29,993 nucleotides of DNA, from positions 1-29,993 of the IMG/VR virus record IMGVR_UViG_3300030207_000090, one strand, 5' to 3'. The notes under the pieces are model-generated. The model saw only the letters and a program-made list of their open reading frames with translations. It had not been told where the DNA came from and did no database searches. Of this stretch, positions 1-9,220 are shown piece after piece. The position numbers and the translations under genes were made by a program. Each line of letters starts with the position of its first letter. Position 1 is the stretch's first letter. This DNA comes from a virus. Taxonomy: Duplodnaviria; Caudoviricetes.

Positions 1-201
1 TTTGAAACAGCAGACGTTCTAATGAGTGCAAATGAAAAAGAGTTAGACCTATTACTACAACAACAAGCTGCAGCAGAAAATGCGCAAAGGGAACTTATAG
101 CACTAATTAAAAAAAGAGGTGAAGATTTCCCAAAAGAGCTTGAAAAAGCAGAACAACGCCTAATAGACATACAAGACTTCTATGATCAAGCCGAAATAGA
201 C
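1..201. repeat. Terminal direct repeat, left copy (matches 29793-29993); circular or terminally redundant genome
   Basis: Direct comparison at offset 29792 gives 198/201 identity, with mismatches at 54, 96 and 129. Confidence 0.97.
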
Positions 202-1056
202 TTAATAAAAAAGCAAAACGACGAAAAGGAAAAACTAGCGAACATTCATAACGAGTTTATGAAGTCAGATCAGCAGAAGGAACTTGAAGCACTCAAAATA
301 AAGCACGATGCAATTATGGCAGCAGCTGTTGCAGCCGGTGAAGTAACTAAAGAACTAGAAGAAAAACTAGGTGCAGAACGCCAAGCGATCATTGACAAGT
401 ATGCAGCAGCAGAGGTTGCAGCAAAGAAGGCAGCAAGGGACGAAATAGAGAAGGGTATTTTTGCTTCATTAGCAGCAATTAATCAAGGTCAAGCTAATGC
501 TCAAATGGACGACCTAAACAGACAAAAACAAGCTCTGTTAGCAAACGCTAAAACAAACGATGAACGCGCCAAAATAGAGCAAAGGTTTGCAAAGAAGGCA
601 GCTGCAATTCAAGCAAAGGAAGCAGAAAATTCTAGAAAGTTAGCAATAGCACAAGTGCTACTAGACAAAGGACGAGCAATAGCGTCAGCGATCGCAGCAG
701 CACAGGCAGCAGCAGCAGCAGCAGGTCCAGCAGCACCGGTTCTTAGTCCGTTACTGACAGCGCAATTAGTAGGTATTGTGCTTGGTGGATTTGCTTCGAT
801 CAAAGGCATAATGAATCAAGCCGGTGAATCTATGCCGGACGCCGGTGCATTTGATACCGGTGGTGGTGGTGTTGGTGGTGGTGATACCGGTGGGCGTGGC
901 AATGCGCAACTTGCCTTGACACCTGACGTAGCAGGTTTCCTATCCGGTGGTGGTGACGATATTGTTACAGTACGATCTTACGTCTTACAGAACGACATAG
1001 CTGATTCAGGTGCTTTAGCTAATGAACTACAAACACAAGCAGAGTTAGGAGGATAA
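1..1056 (+). CDS. Tape measure protein, C-terminal part (continues from 28611 across the circular join)
   Basis: The frame of ORF 22..1056 is continuous with the open frame starting at ATG 28611 through the terminal repeat. The sequence is an Ala/Glu/Lys coiled coil with an Ala/Gly-rich C-terminus. Confidence 0.85.
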   Translation, partial: FETADVLMSANEKELDLLLQQQAAAENAQRELIALIKKRGEDFPKELEKAEQRLIDIQDFYDQAEIDLIKKQNDEKEKLANIHNEFMKSDQQKELEALKIKHDAIMAAAVAAGEVTKELEEKLGAERQAIIDKYAAAEVAAKKAARDEIEKGIFASLAAINQGQANAQMDDLNRQKQALLANAKTNDERAKIEQRFAKKAAAIQAKEAENSRKLAIAQVLLDKGRAIASAIAAAQAAAAAAGPAAPVLSPLLTAQLVGIVLGGFASIKGIMNQAGESMPDAGAFDTGGGGVGGGDTGGRGNAQLALTPDVAGFLSGGGDDIVTVRSYVLQNDIADSGALANELQTQAELGG

Positions 1057-1084
1057 ATAAACATAAATCAATAACGTATTTTAT
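1057..1084 (+). promoter_or_regulatory. Putative phage late promoter, motif ATAAAC-N13-KTATWTWT (copy 1)
   Basis: ATAAAC ataaatcaataac GTATTTTAT lies just upstream of the protease ATG. The same spacing recurs at 1844, 4268 and 15026. Confidence 0.5.
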
Positions 1085-1089
1085 AAGAT

Positions 1090-1842
1090 ATGAGAAAGAA
1101 AGTAGAACTTCTGATAGATGAAGATGAGCCAATTAGTGGCATTGAAGCAGTAAGTCTAGTTAGATTTCCTGCCATAGAAACAGACTTTGTATATCTGTCA
1201 AGCAAAGCAGACAAGAAAATGACGTTTGCAGTAGATGAAGAAAAGCAAATGTTAGTCGGTCCTGCGTTGATACCTGACAAGTTGATTATGCGCTTAGATG
1301 AGAACGATGAGGAGTATGACGTATATTTTTCTCAAGATACTGTTGCTCAAGCTATGGAGTTATTTATGCGTGAAGCACGTACTAACGAGCATACACTAGA
1401 ACACCAATCTAAAATTGACGGCGTGACAGTTGTAGAATCTTGGTTAGTAGAAGACACTAAAAAAGACAAGAGTTCATTGTATGGGTTTAACCTGCCTGTT
1501 GGTACTTGGATGCTGAGCGTCAAAGTAAACAACAAAGACATTTGGCAGAAAGTAAAAAATAGGGAGGTACGTGGATTTAGTATTGAAGGTTATTTTACAG
1601 ATCGTTTGGTTGAAATGGCTAAAGGAACGCTATGTAAGAATTGCCCTGAGGACAAAGAAATAATTGACAAGCTAAAGTCTATATTATTAGAAGAAATAAA
1701 GCCAACAGACGTATTGAACGGACAGCCGTTATTCAAGAAGTCAGAAGAAGCTCAATTGTGGGGAGAAGTGTTTAACAACACACAAGGTTATAAGACAATT
1801 AACCTAAATGGACAGATGCTATTCGCAGCAAATGATAACTAA
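1090..1842 (+). CDS. Prohead maturation serine protease (XkdF-like, Peptidase S78_2)
   Basis: Motifs AVSLVxxPAIE, GPALIPDK, TLEH, VVESW, GTWMLSVKV and GFSIEG; lies before the scaffold and capsid genes. Confidence 0.85.
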   Translation: MRKKVELLIDEDEPISGIEAVSLVRFPAIETDFVYLSSKADKKMTFAVDEEKQMLVGPALIPDKLIMRLDENDEEYDVYFSQDTVAQAMELFMREARTNEHTLEHQSKIDGVTVVESWLVEDTKKDKSSLYGFNLPVGTWMLSVKVNNKDIWQKVKNREVRGFSIEGYFTDRLVEMAKGTLCKNCPEDKEIIDKLKSILLEEIKPTDVLNGQPLFKKSEEAQLWGEVFNNTQGYKTINLNGQMLFAANDN

Positions 1843-1843
1843 A

Positions 1844-1870
1844 ATAAACACCTTGTAATAACTTATATAT
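1844..1870 (+). promoter_or_regulatory. Putative phage late promoter (copy 2)
   Basis: ATAAAC accttgtaataac TTATATAT in the intergenic gap upstream of the scaffold gene. Confidence 0.55.
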
Positions 1871-1895
1871 ATCATTGTTAAACCTTTATAATGTA

Positions 1896-2597
1896 ATGAA
1901 TACAATCGAAAAAATCCGTGACGTACTAGGTCTGCCAAAGACTAAAATGTACGCAGAAGCTCGTCTTGACGATGGGCGTGTAGTCGTTACCGAAGCCGAG
2001 TCTATGGACGTAGGCGTTGAAGTACGTGTTCTTGACGATAGTGGAGAAGCAAGCGTAATTGACGCCGGTACATACACACTTGAGGACGGAACGGAAATTG
2101 TTGTCAATGAAGAATCTCGTCTAGTATCTCTTGGTAAAGACAAAGAAGAATACGAAGAAGAAGACGACGTTGACGTAGAAGTAGAGCTTGAGCATACGCC
2201 AGACCACAAAGAAGAAGAAGAAATGGAAGATGAAGAAGAAGAAGTGGAAATGAACGTAGAGAAAGTTCGTGACGCTTTAAATGCAGGCTTCCCTGATCTT
2301 GGTGAAGATACAATTGCAGCTATCGCTGAGCTTGTAGGTCAAATCTATTCTAACGATGAAGAAGTTGTAGAAGTAGAAGCGTCTGCAGAAACTGACGACA
2401 AAGAAGAATTAGCATCAGTTATCGGTGAAGCTATCGAGAAAATTGACGCTAGACTAAAAGCATTAGAGGACGCACCTGCGTCTGAGGGTGTTTCACATTC
2501 TCCAAACAAATTCTCTGCACAGCACAAGCAGGAAATAAACACAGATAAATTAACCGGTGTAGAACGTGCGCTACACATTATTAATTCTCATAAATAA
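1896..2597 (+). CDS. Capsid scaffolding protein (very acidic)
   Basis: Extremely Glu/Asp-rich, with a GTYTLEDG motif; lies between protease and capsid. ATG 1896 is preferred over TTG 1875. Confidence 0.7.
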   Translation: MNTIEKIRDVLGLPKTKMYAEARLDDGRVVVTEAESMDVGVEVRVLDDSGEASVIDAGTYTLEDGTEIVVNEESRLVSLGKDKEEYEEEDDVDVEVELEHTPDHKEEEEMEDEEEEVEMNVEKVRDALNAGFPDLGEDTIAAIAELVGQIYSNDEEVVEVEASAETDDKEELASVIGEAIEKIDARLKALEDAPASEGVSHSPNKFSAQHKQEINTDKLTGVERALHIINSHK

Positions 2598-2606
2598 ATT
2601 ATCCAA

Positions 2607-3587
2607 ATGAGTAACTTAAAGAAATACGATTTCGATATTACTGTAACGGACAACACTTATGCCGGTGAATTGGCGTTGCCTTACGTTACAGCTGCAATTT
2701 TAGGTGCAGAAACTATATCAAAAGGACGTTGCCGTCTTATGGAAGGAATCCAATCTAAGGCAGTAATTTCTAACTTAACAACAACTGATACTATCCAAGC
2801 AGGTGGTACTTCAAATTGTGCATTTAATGACGGTGCAGACCTTACTCTTACTGAGCAGGTTGTAACGCTCAACGATCTTAAAGTACAAGAAGAAATTTGT
2901 AGAGCTTCTATTTTTGGTTCTTGGATTTCTGCACAAGGTGCTATGCAACGTAACGGCGACATACCTGTAGAGTTCACTGACTTCCTTATGAGCGCAGTAG
3001 CGTTACGTACAGGTAACAGTTTAGAGTCTTTACTATGGGCAGCTGATTCAGGTTCTGTATGGGGACTAGGTTGGCTATCTAACGACGGCGTAATTGACAA
3101 CGATGGTATTGACGCTTCTGCTATGAAGGACTTCGTAGAAGCACAAGTTGGTGCTACAGCTTGGGATGCAACTAATATCCTTAGCAAAATGGACGCAACG
3201 TTTGATGCTGCAGCAGGAATACCGGGTATTTTGTTAAAGCCGGGTTGTGGATTCTATATGTCATACGAAGCGTATGCGTTCTTCTTACAAGCTCAAGCAC
3301 AGCAGAACACAGGCGCAGGATATAACCAAGATTTGTCAGCTTCAACGTACTTAGGTTATCCTGTTTACCCAACAGCAGGTATCCCTAACACAGTTGACGT
3401 AATGGTATTCACTTACCCTGAAAACCTTGTTGTTGCTGCTAACAGCTACACACCTGACACACAGGCTCGTTTAATCCCAACTTACGCATACGATGGATCT
3501 GACAACGTTAGAGTTTCTATGCAGTTCGCAGTTGGTTGTAACGTAGCAGTACCTGGTGACGGTGTTGTTTGTTTCAACTTTTCTTAA
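2607..3587 (+). CDS. Major capsid protein (HK97 fold, Bacteroidota phage type)
   Basis: 326 aa gene after protease and scaffold; N-terminal TYAGE motif and C-terminal DGSDNVRV.M.F..G motif typical of flavobacterial phage capsids. Confidence 0.85.
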   Translation: MSNLKKYDFDITVTDNTYAGELALPYVTAAILGAETISKGRCRLMEGIQSKAVISNLTTTDTIQAGGTSNCAFNDGADLTLTEQVVTLNDLKVQEEICRASIFGSWISAQGAMQRNGDIPVEFTDFLMSAVALRTGNSLESLLWAADSGSVWGLGWLSNDGVIDNDGIDASAMKDFVEAQVGATAWDATNILSKMDATFDAAAGIPGILLKPGCGFYMSYEAYAFFLQAQAQQNTGAGYNQDLSASTYLGYPVYPTAGIPNTVDVMVFTYPENLVVAANSYTPDTQARLIPTYAYDGSDNVRVSMQFAVGCNVAVPGDGVVCFNFS

Positions 3588-3606
3588 TCCTTAAAACCAC
3601 AATAAT

Positions 3607-4209
3607 ATGGCTTGTAACATAACAGCAGCGAGAGGCATTGATTGCCGTGACGCAATTGGTGGTTTAAAAGCCATCTACATTTGTCGTTCATATTGTTCAG
3701 ACATTCTCAAAGAAGCAACAGTAACAGCTTCATCATACACTATCACAACAGCAGGATTTGCTAGTTGGGATATTGTTGACTCAGGATCTGTTACAGTCTT
3801 TAAGTATGACTTAGTTACTGACCTTTCTAACTTCACGACTGCTATCGAAGCAGACAAAGCAACAGGATCGGTTATGTACAATCAGACTCTGAACGTTGTT
3901 CTACATAAAGTGGTGGCAGCTGATTTATTTCAGCTAGGACTAATCGCAAAGAATCGTGCGCAAATCTTCGTACAAGATAGCAACGACAATGTTTTCCTTA
4001 TGGGAATCAATGACGGCTGCTACCTAACAGGTGGTGACACGATTGCAACGGGTACAAATCGTTCAGATATGAACGGCTTGACTTTGAACTTCACAGCGAA
4101 GGAACAAGATCCGTTGTACATACTTCCTGCTTCTGCAGGAGTAGCTACGGCTAAATATCCGTTTGATGGATTGACAGACGAAGCAGACCTAACTATTACA
4201 GCAGTTTAA
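3607..4209 (+). CDS. Major tail tube (structural) protein
   Basis: MACxIT...CxDxIGGLKAIY N-terminus and G.....D.NG.TL.F...E motif; follows the capsid gene and precedes a terminator. Confidence 0.7.
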   Translation: MACNITAARGIDCRDAIGGLKAIYICRSYCSDILKEATVTASSYTITTAGFASWDIVDSGSVTVFKYDLVTDLSNFTTAIEADKATGSVMYNQTLNVVLHKVVAADLFQLGLIAKNRAQIFVQDSNDNVFLMGINDGCYLTGGDTIATGTNRSDMNGLTLNFTAKEQDPLYILPASAGVATAKYPFDGLTDEADLTITAV

Positions 4210-4227
4210 TCTGTTGACTAGATAAAA

Positions 4228-4267
4228 GAAAGGGAGGGTGGCAATACGCCGTCCTCCTTTTTTTATT
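4228..4267 (+). terminator. Rho-independent terminator
   Basis: Stem agggagggtggc / gccgtcctcctt (with G-U pairs), loop aatac, followed by a T-run; just after the tail tube stop codon. Confidence 0.85.
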
Positions 4268-4294
4268 ATAAACGATTTAGAGATTCTTATATAT
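4268..4294 (+). promoter_or_regulatory. Putative phage late promoter (copy 3)
   Basis: ATAAAC gatttagagattc TTATATAT lies directly after the terminator, where transcription must restart for the portal operon. Confidence 0.6.
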
Positions 4295-4301
4295 TTAATT
4301 G

Positions 4302-4778
4302 ATGCTACAGATAAGGAACGCAAATAATACGTCAGGTCAAGACGTTATGAATTACTTACGAGTAACAGCACCTGACCTGCAGAGTATTGCACAAGCAAGT
4401 GTTAAATACTTAGTCAAGCTAACTTCTCAAAGTAGTCAGAATAGTTTGTACTTTATACCTTTCTCTGTAAACACAGACAATTTGCCTAGATATATTAGAC
4501 TTAATGTTCAAGTAGTTGATAAAGATGCAACTGCTAATCCAACAGGAGGTATTATTAAATTCTATGACGATGCAGGTAAATTAGACACATACCCTATGGG
4601 ATTCTACACATACGAGATTTACGAGCAAACAAGTTCTAGCAACTTAGATCCTACATTAGCAACTGCTAAACTAGAAGAAGGATTAGCGTATGTGCGTGAT
4701 TACTCAGGCAATATGGAAGAATTACCTGACGGCTATAAAGAATATAACGAGAATCTTACACAATACGTATATCCATAA
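4302..4778 (+). CDS. Hypothetical virion protein (possible head closure or neck protein)
   Basis: Beta-rich ORF with a G.Y.YEIYEQ...NLDP motif; its stop overlaps the portal start. Confidence 0.6.
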   Translation: MLQIRNANNTSGQDVMNYLRVTAPDLQSIAQASVKYLVKLTSQSSQNSLYFIPFSVNTDNLPRYIRLNVQVVDKDATANPTGGIIKFYDDAGKLDTYPMGFYTYEIYEQTSSSNLDPTLATAKLEEGLAYVRDYSGNMEELPDGYKEYNENLTQYVYP

Positions 4779-7183
4779 TGAACAAAGAGAACTTTAGCGT
4801 AATCAATTACACAGATTCAGAGATACCTGTATTTGAAGAAAAGCAAGGACAGCTATACGTAAGCTACGGACACGACGACTTATACGGAGAGTATCTGCGT
4901 GACCTGTTCTTAGCTAGTTCTACTAATGGTGCAATAATAAACGGCGTTGCAGATATGATATACGGAGGTGGCTTAGACGCTACTGATCGTGACGACAATG
5001 ACGGCAAGCGTGAACAATGGTTGCGTCTGCAAGATTTGTTAAGAATGAGTGATGAGCATTTATTGCAAATGATAGCATTTGATATTAAGCTATACGGAAT
5101 GGCTTATGTGAATGTTATATGGAATAAGGCACGTACAAGAATAGCTTGTCTTAAACATTTACCTGTCCACACTATGCGAAGTGGCGTAGCAGACAGCGAA
5201 GGTAATGTTAGTGAGTTCTACTACAAACCGGATTGGCGTGAAAAGAGAATTAAAGAAAAGGTTATACCGAAGTTTAGTTTAGAGAACAGAACAGCAGCGT
5301 CAACGTGCTTTCAGATTAGACGTTATACGCCTTCATATCACTACTACTCTCTACCTGATTATGCAGGTGCAACAAACTACATTGAGTTAGATCGTGAGAT
5401 AAGCGAGTTTCATTTACAAAATATAAGACGTGGCTTCTTCCCTTCTATGTTGCTTAGCTTTAAGAATGGCGTACCAACGCAAGAAGAACGCCGTAGAATA
5501 GAACAAAAAGTAATACAGAAATTTACAGGTGCAGACAATGCAGGTCGCATTCTAATTACGTTTAATGATGGTGACGAAACAGCACCGGAGTTTTCACCAA
5601 TACAACAGAACGGAGCAGATGGTATGTATGAGTACCTGTCAAAGCTAGTAAGTGAGAAGATTTTAACAGGACACAGAGTAACAAGTCCATTATTATTTGG
5701 TGTTAGATCTGAGGGTGGTGGCTTCGGTAACAATGCTGACGAGTTGCGTGACTCATACTCTTTATTTAACAACACAGTAGTTTCACCACTACAAGACATT
5801 ATACTAGATGCATTAGGTATGCTGTTTAGTATAAATGACATAGAATTAGACTTGTTCTTTATTACAGCTAAACCTGCTGACTTCTTAGACCTTGATGTTA
5901 TTGACACGCTTGACGAAGGAGAGCAAGAAAAAGAAGGTGTTGAAACAGAAGAAGTAGAACAACCTGAAACAGAAGTTGTAGTAGAAGAAGAAACAACAAT
6001 GCCGGATATAACAGTAGACAAAGAAGCGTCTTATAATGGTGCGCAAATATCGTCAGCACTAGACATTATTGTTAAGGTAGGTGAAGGACTGTTAACGTCA
6101 GAACAAGCAATTGTATTCTTAATACAAATGTTACAATTCGATCCTTCAGTAGCTAAGGCACTATTCACAGAGGGTGCAGATGCAACAGTAGAGATTGAAG
6201 AATTTAAGAAAGCAAAGGGTAAAAAAAAAAGAAATGTATTTGCTGAATCAATTAGCGACTATCCGAAAGGCGTAAAGAATAATGCTAAGAAAGTTCTTGA
6301 ATGGGTAGAGAAAAATGGTTGGGGATCTTGTGGCACAGCCGTAGGTAAACAACGTGCTAATCAACTTGCTAAAGGAGAGCCTATAAGCATTGAAACAGTG
6401 CAACGTATGTTTAACTACCTGACAAGACACAAAAAGGATTTACAAGCGTCTAAAAGCTACTCAGACGGCTGCGGTATGTTAATGTATGATGCGTGGGGAG
6501 GTAAAGCCGGATTGCGTTGGGCAAAGTCTAAACTTGAATCACTTGACCTTAGTATGTCAGAAACGCAAGAGTGTTTCAAAGCAGAAGCAGGTGAGTTCTT
6601 AATTGAGCTAGGTAAAGATGAGTCAGAAGAACTAAAAGGTTACTCATTAATTGATGCAAGAAAAGTTGACTACGACAGAGAAGAACACTTTGACAAAATG
6701 TGGTCTTTTGCTACACCTAAAGTACCAAGTGGTAAGCCACAAGCGTCAAGCGACCAAGACACAGACCTAATAAAAATACGCTATGCATATATGCCTAAAA
6801 AACTAGGTATAAACGGCAACGAGTCAAGAGCTTTCTGTACTAAAATGGTAAATGCAGGAAACAGAGTATGGCGTAAAGAAGATATACTATTTGCATCAGA
6901 TCGTGCTGTGAATCCTGGTTGGGGTGCAGGTGGTAGCGACTATTACAATATATGGTTCTACAAAGGTGGTGGATCTTGCCAACACTTTTGGGAGCGCAGA
7001 ACGTACTTGAAGAAGAACAATAAGCGTATAAGCGTTAACGAAGCTAGGAGGATTATACAAAAAAATCAAGACAAGCGACTACCAACAAACGATCCTAGAG
7101 TTGCACAGCGTCCACGTGATCAAGCAAATCGTGGTTTTGTGAATCCCGAAATAGCAAGAAGAATTAAAACACCTAAAAACTAA
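4778..7183 (+). CDS. Portal protein with long multidomain C-terminal extension
   Basis: The first ~375 aa are portal-like (YSLPDY, GFFPSML, FTGADNAG, ILTGHRVTSPLLFG). An acidic linker, an NGAQI helical module, a GKQRANQLA...RH...WGG module and a Cys/His module (RAFC...KGGGSCQHFW) follow. Confidence 0.85.
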   Translation: MNKENFSVINYTDSEIPVFEEKQGQLYVSYGHDDLYGEYLRDLFLASSTNGAIINGVADMIYGGGLDATDRDDNDGKREQWLRLQDLLRMSDEHLLQMIAFDIKLYGMAYVNVIWNKARTRIACLKHLPVHTMRSGVADSEGNVSEFYYKPDWREKRIKEKVIPKFSLENRTAASTCFQIRRYTPSYHYYSLPDYAGATNYIELDREISEFHLQNIRRGFFPSMLLSFKNGVPTQEERRRIEQKVIQKFTGADNAGRILITFNDGDETAPEFSPIQQNGADGMYEYLSKLVSEKILTGHRVTSPLLFGVRSEGGGFGNNADELRDSYSLFNNTVVSPLQDIILDALGMLFSINDIELDLFFITAKPADFLDLDVIDTLDEGEQEKEGVETEEVEQPETEVVVEEETTMPDITVDKEASYNGAQISSALDIIVKVGEGLLTSEQAIVFLIQMLQFDPSVAKALFTEGADATVEIEEFKKAKGKKKRNVFAESISDYPKGVKNNAKKVLEWVEKNGWGSCGTAVGKQRANQLAKGEPISIETVQRMFNYLTRHKKDLQASKSYSDGCGMLMYDAWGGKAGLRWAKSKLESLDLSMSETQECFKAEAGEFLIELGKDESEELKGYSLIDARKVDYDREEHFDKMWSFATPKVPSGKPQASSDQDTDLIKIRYAYMPKKLGINGNESRAFCTKMVNAGNRVWRKEDILFASDRAVNPGWGAGGSDYYNIWFYKGGGSCQHFWERRTYLKKNNKRISVNEARRIIQKNQDKRLPTNDPRVAQRPRDQANRGFVNPEIARRIKTPKN

Positions 7184-7186
7184 ACT

Positions 7187-7747
7187 ATGGCACAAGCATT
7201 ATTTGTATCAGCTAACAGACTGAAAAGAGATACAGCAATAGGTGGCTCAGTAGATGACGACCTAATTAGACCTTACGTTTATATGGCACAGCAACGTTGG
7301 ATATTGCCGGTGCTTGGTACTGACCTATACAATAAGCTGTCTAACGATATAGACGGTGGAAGTGTTACAGGCGTATATAAGACGTTGTTAGAGGACTACG
7401 TTATACCGGCTACTGTGCAGTATGCCTTTGTGCAATTAGTGCCGTTCTTGCGTCTTAGATTCGTTAATAACGCTGTTGTGGTTATGGACTCTGAACAGAG
7501 TACGGCAGCAACGTATGACGATTTAAAGCCACTAATGGATCAAGCGTTAGATATGGCGCAATTTTACAGGCAGAGAATTATAGACTATTTGTGTGACAAC
7601 ATTAGTAGCTATCCTGAGTATTCAAGCAACACCGGATCTGACCTATCACCAACAAGCAATAACTATACACAAGGACTAAATGTAGATGACGTTTATATGG
7701 ATAAGCGTTATGCAGCTTTCCTTGCAGGTGCTAATATCAAATGTTAA
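7187..7747 (+). CDS. Head-tail adaptor protein
   Basis: Helical 186 aa protein after the portal with an AQ...I.PVLGT.LY.KL motif typical of Bacteroidota phage adaptors. Confidence 0.65.
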   Translation: MAQALFVSANRLKRDTAIGGSVDDDLIRPYVYMAQQRWILPVLGTDLYNKLSNDIDGGSVTGVYKTLLEDYVIPATVQYAFVQLVPFLRLRFVNNAVVVMDSEQSTAATYDDLKPLMDQALDMAQFYRQRIIDYLCDNISSYPEYSSNTGSDLSPTSNNYTQGLNVDDVYMDKRYAAFLAGANIKC

Positions 7748-7866
7748 AGAAGAAGCGTGGCAAGTACAAGCCAACTAAAATAAACGAACAGAAACTAAAA
7801 AAGTATATCAATGGCAAATCAGAAAGTAAGCGACTTGACAGCACTAGCAGAACCACCTGCGAGTGA
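7741..7866 (+). CDS. Small basic hypothetical protein (41 aa; not in the ORF track)
   Basis: MLKKKRGKYKPTKINEQKLKKYINGKSESKRLDSTSRTTCE; overlaps both neighbours and fills the gap between them. Confidence 0.4.
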   Translation: MLKKKRGKYKPTKINEQKLKKYINGKSESKRLDSTSRTTCE

Positions 7867-8344
7867 CGACGTATTGTATGTAGTTGACACTTCGGCAACT
7901 GCCAGTAAAAAAGTTCAAAACAAATACCTTATTCAGACGGATAAAATAAGTCTGAACAATACGCAAATAACGGCTTTAGGTAGTGGTGGTACAGCCGGAG
8001 AATTTCAAGTCTTAGTTGCTGCACCTGGCTCTGGCTATATGGTTGTGCCGTTAACTGTTACTTTTATTTCTACTGGTGCAGGAAGTACAGAAAGCTCGAA
8101 CTTTAATTTGTACATTGGTTATGACGTAGATCAAACCTCTAACTATTGGGCGTTTTGGTCAAGATTTAACGGAACACTTGCAAGTGGAAATGTTAAGTCG
8201 CTAACCGGCGTCGGTACGCCACAAACTAGAACTTCGAATGCAGCAACTATTGACAACTTAGCTTTGTCAGTCTGGTCTAGTGGAACTTTCAACGGGGGTT
8301 GGTCAATGGACGTTTATATCACATATCAAATAGTAAAGCTATAA
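7811..8344 (+). CDS. Fibre or decoration-like virion protein
   Basis: N-terminal KVSDLTAL....DDVLYVVD attachment-type motif, then a Ser/Thr/Gly-rich beta domain. Confidence 0.55.
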   Translation: MANQKVSDLTALAEPPASDDVLYVVDTSATASKKVQNKYLIQTDKISLNNTQITALGSGGTAGEFQVLVAAPGSGYMVVPLTVTFISTGAGSTESSNFNLYIGYDVDQTSNYWAFWSRFNGTLASGNVKSLTGVGTPQTRTSNAATIDNLALSVWSSGTFNGGWSMDVYITYQIVKL

Positions 8345-8547
8345 TGGATATTACACAATACGAAATGGTTGCTCTTGCGGTAGGATTGCTTGGAACAGTC
8401 TTTAAGTTTCAGCGTGATTACACTATTCTGACAGCTAGAGTAGTTGCCCTTGAAAAGCACGAGAACGAAGTAAAAGAATTGCTAAGAAACTTGTGCGAGG
8501 GTATGCAAGAAATCAAAATATTATTAGCTGAAAAAGGTATTAAATGA
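8344..8547 (+). CDS. Small membrane and coiled-coil protein (holin or antiholin-like)
   Basis: One N-terminal hydrophobic helix then a coiled coil; immediately upstream of the endolysin. ATG 8344 overlaps the upstream stop. Confidence 0.5.
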   Translation: MDITQYEMVALAVGLLGTVFKFQRDYTILTARVVALEKHENEVKELLRNLCEGMQEIKILLAEKGIK

Positions 8548-9011
8548 GAGAAATTAAAGAAGTAATTTTACATTGCACAGATACTCCTGCAGAAAGAGAG
8601 TTAAGCGTAAAAGAGATACGCAATTGGCACGTCAAAGGCAACGGGTGGGCAGACATTGGTTATCATTTTGTTATTCACCAGGACGGCGTTGTAGAACGTG
8701 GTCGTCATATTGACAAGGTAGGTGCGCACACTTGGGGACAGAACTACGGATCAATAGGTGTAGCGTATGTCGGAGGTGCAGTAAAGAAGTCTAAAAAGTC
8801 GCTTGACAAAAAGAAAGCGAAAGACAAAGTAACATTTGAGCCAAAAGACACTATGACTAAAGAACAAGAACAAGCGTTTAGAGATCTTGTTAAGTTCTTA
8901 GAAGTTTGTTTTGGTGAACTAAAAGTAAGAGGACATAACGACTACAATAAAGACAAGGCGTGTCCGTCTTTCAATATGCGTGACAAATTCGGTGACTTAG
9001 TAAATAGATAA
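8544..9011 (+). CDS. Endolysin, N-acetylmuramoyl-L-alanine amidase (Amidase_2, T7 lysozyme-like)
   Basis: Zn-amidase motifs ILHCT, GWADIGYHF, GAH, SIGVAYVGG and GHND....KACP. Confidence 0.93.
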   Translation: MREIKEVILHCTDTPAERELSVKEIRNWHVKGNGWADIGYHFVIHQDGVVERGRHIDKVGAHTWGQNYGSIGVAYVGGAVKKSKKSLDKKKAKDKVTFEPKDTMTKEQEQAFRDLVKFLEVCFGELKVRGHNDYNKDKACPSFNMRDKFGDLVNR

Positions 9012-9028
9012 ATTATGAATCCTAAATT

Positions 9029-9220
9029 ATGAACTTTATTACAGAAAATTGGGTGGAGCTTTCTCTTGCCTTGATTGCTTTCTGCAGCACTTGGACTGCA
9101 CTAACAGCAACTAAAAAAGACGACGAGATACTTGACATTATTAAACGAGTATTTAACGCTATTGTTTTAGGCAAGAACACTTGCGCTAAAGATTGCAAAG
9201 AGCAATGCAAAAACAAATAG
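9029..9220 (+). CDS. Holin-like small membrane protein
   Basis: N-terminal transmembrane segment and T.TKKDD.I motif; adjacent to the endolysin. Confidence 0.55.
   Translation: MNFITENWVELSLALIAFCSTWTALTATKKDDEILDIIKRVFNAIVLGKNTCAKDCKEQCKNK

Noticed and set aside
853-900. GGT-rich stretch with GATACCGGTGG occurring twice
   Set aside because: It is explained by a Gly-rich linker in the tape measure C-terminus and is not a CRISPR or regulatory repeat.
22-1056. ORF 22..1056 as an independent gene
   Set aside because: The frame is open upstream and joins the 28611 ORF through the terminal repeat, so ATG 22 is an internal Met of the tape measure protein.
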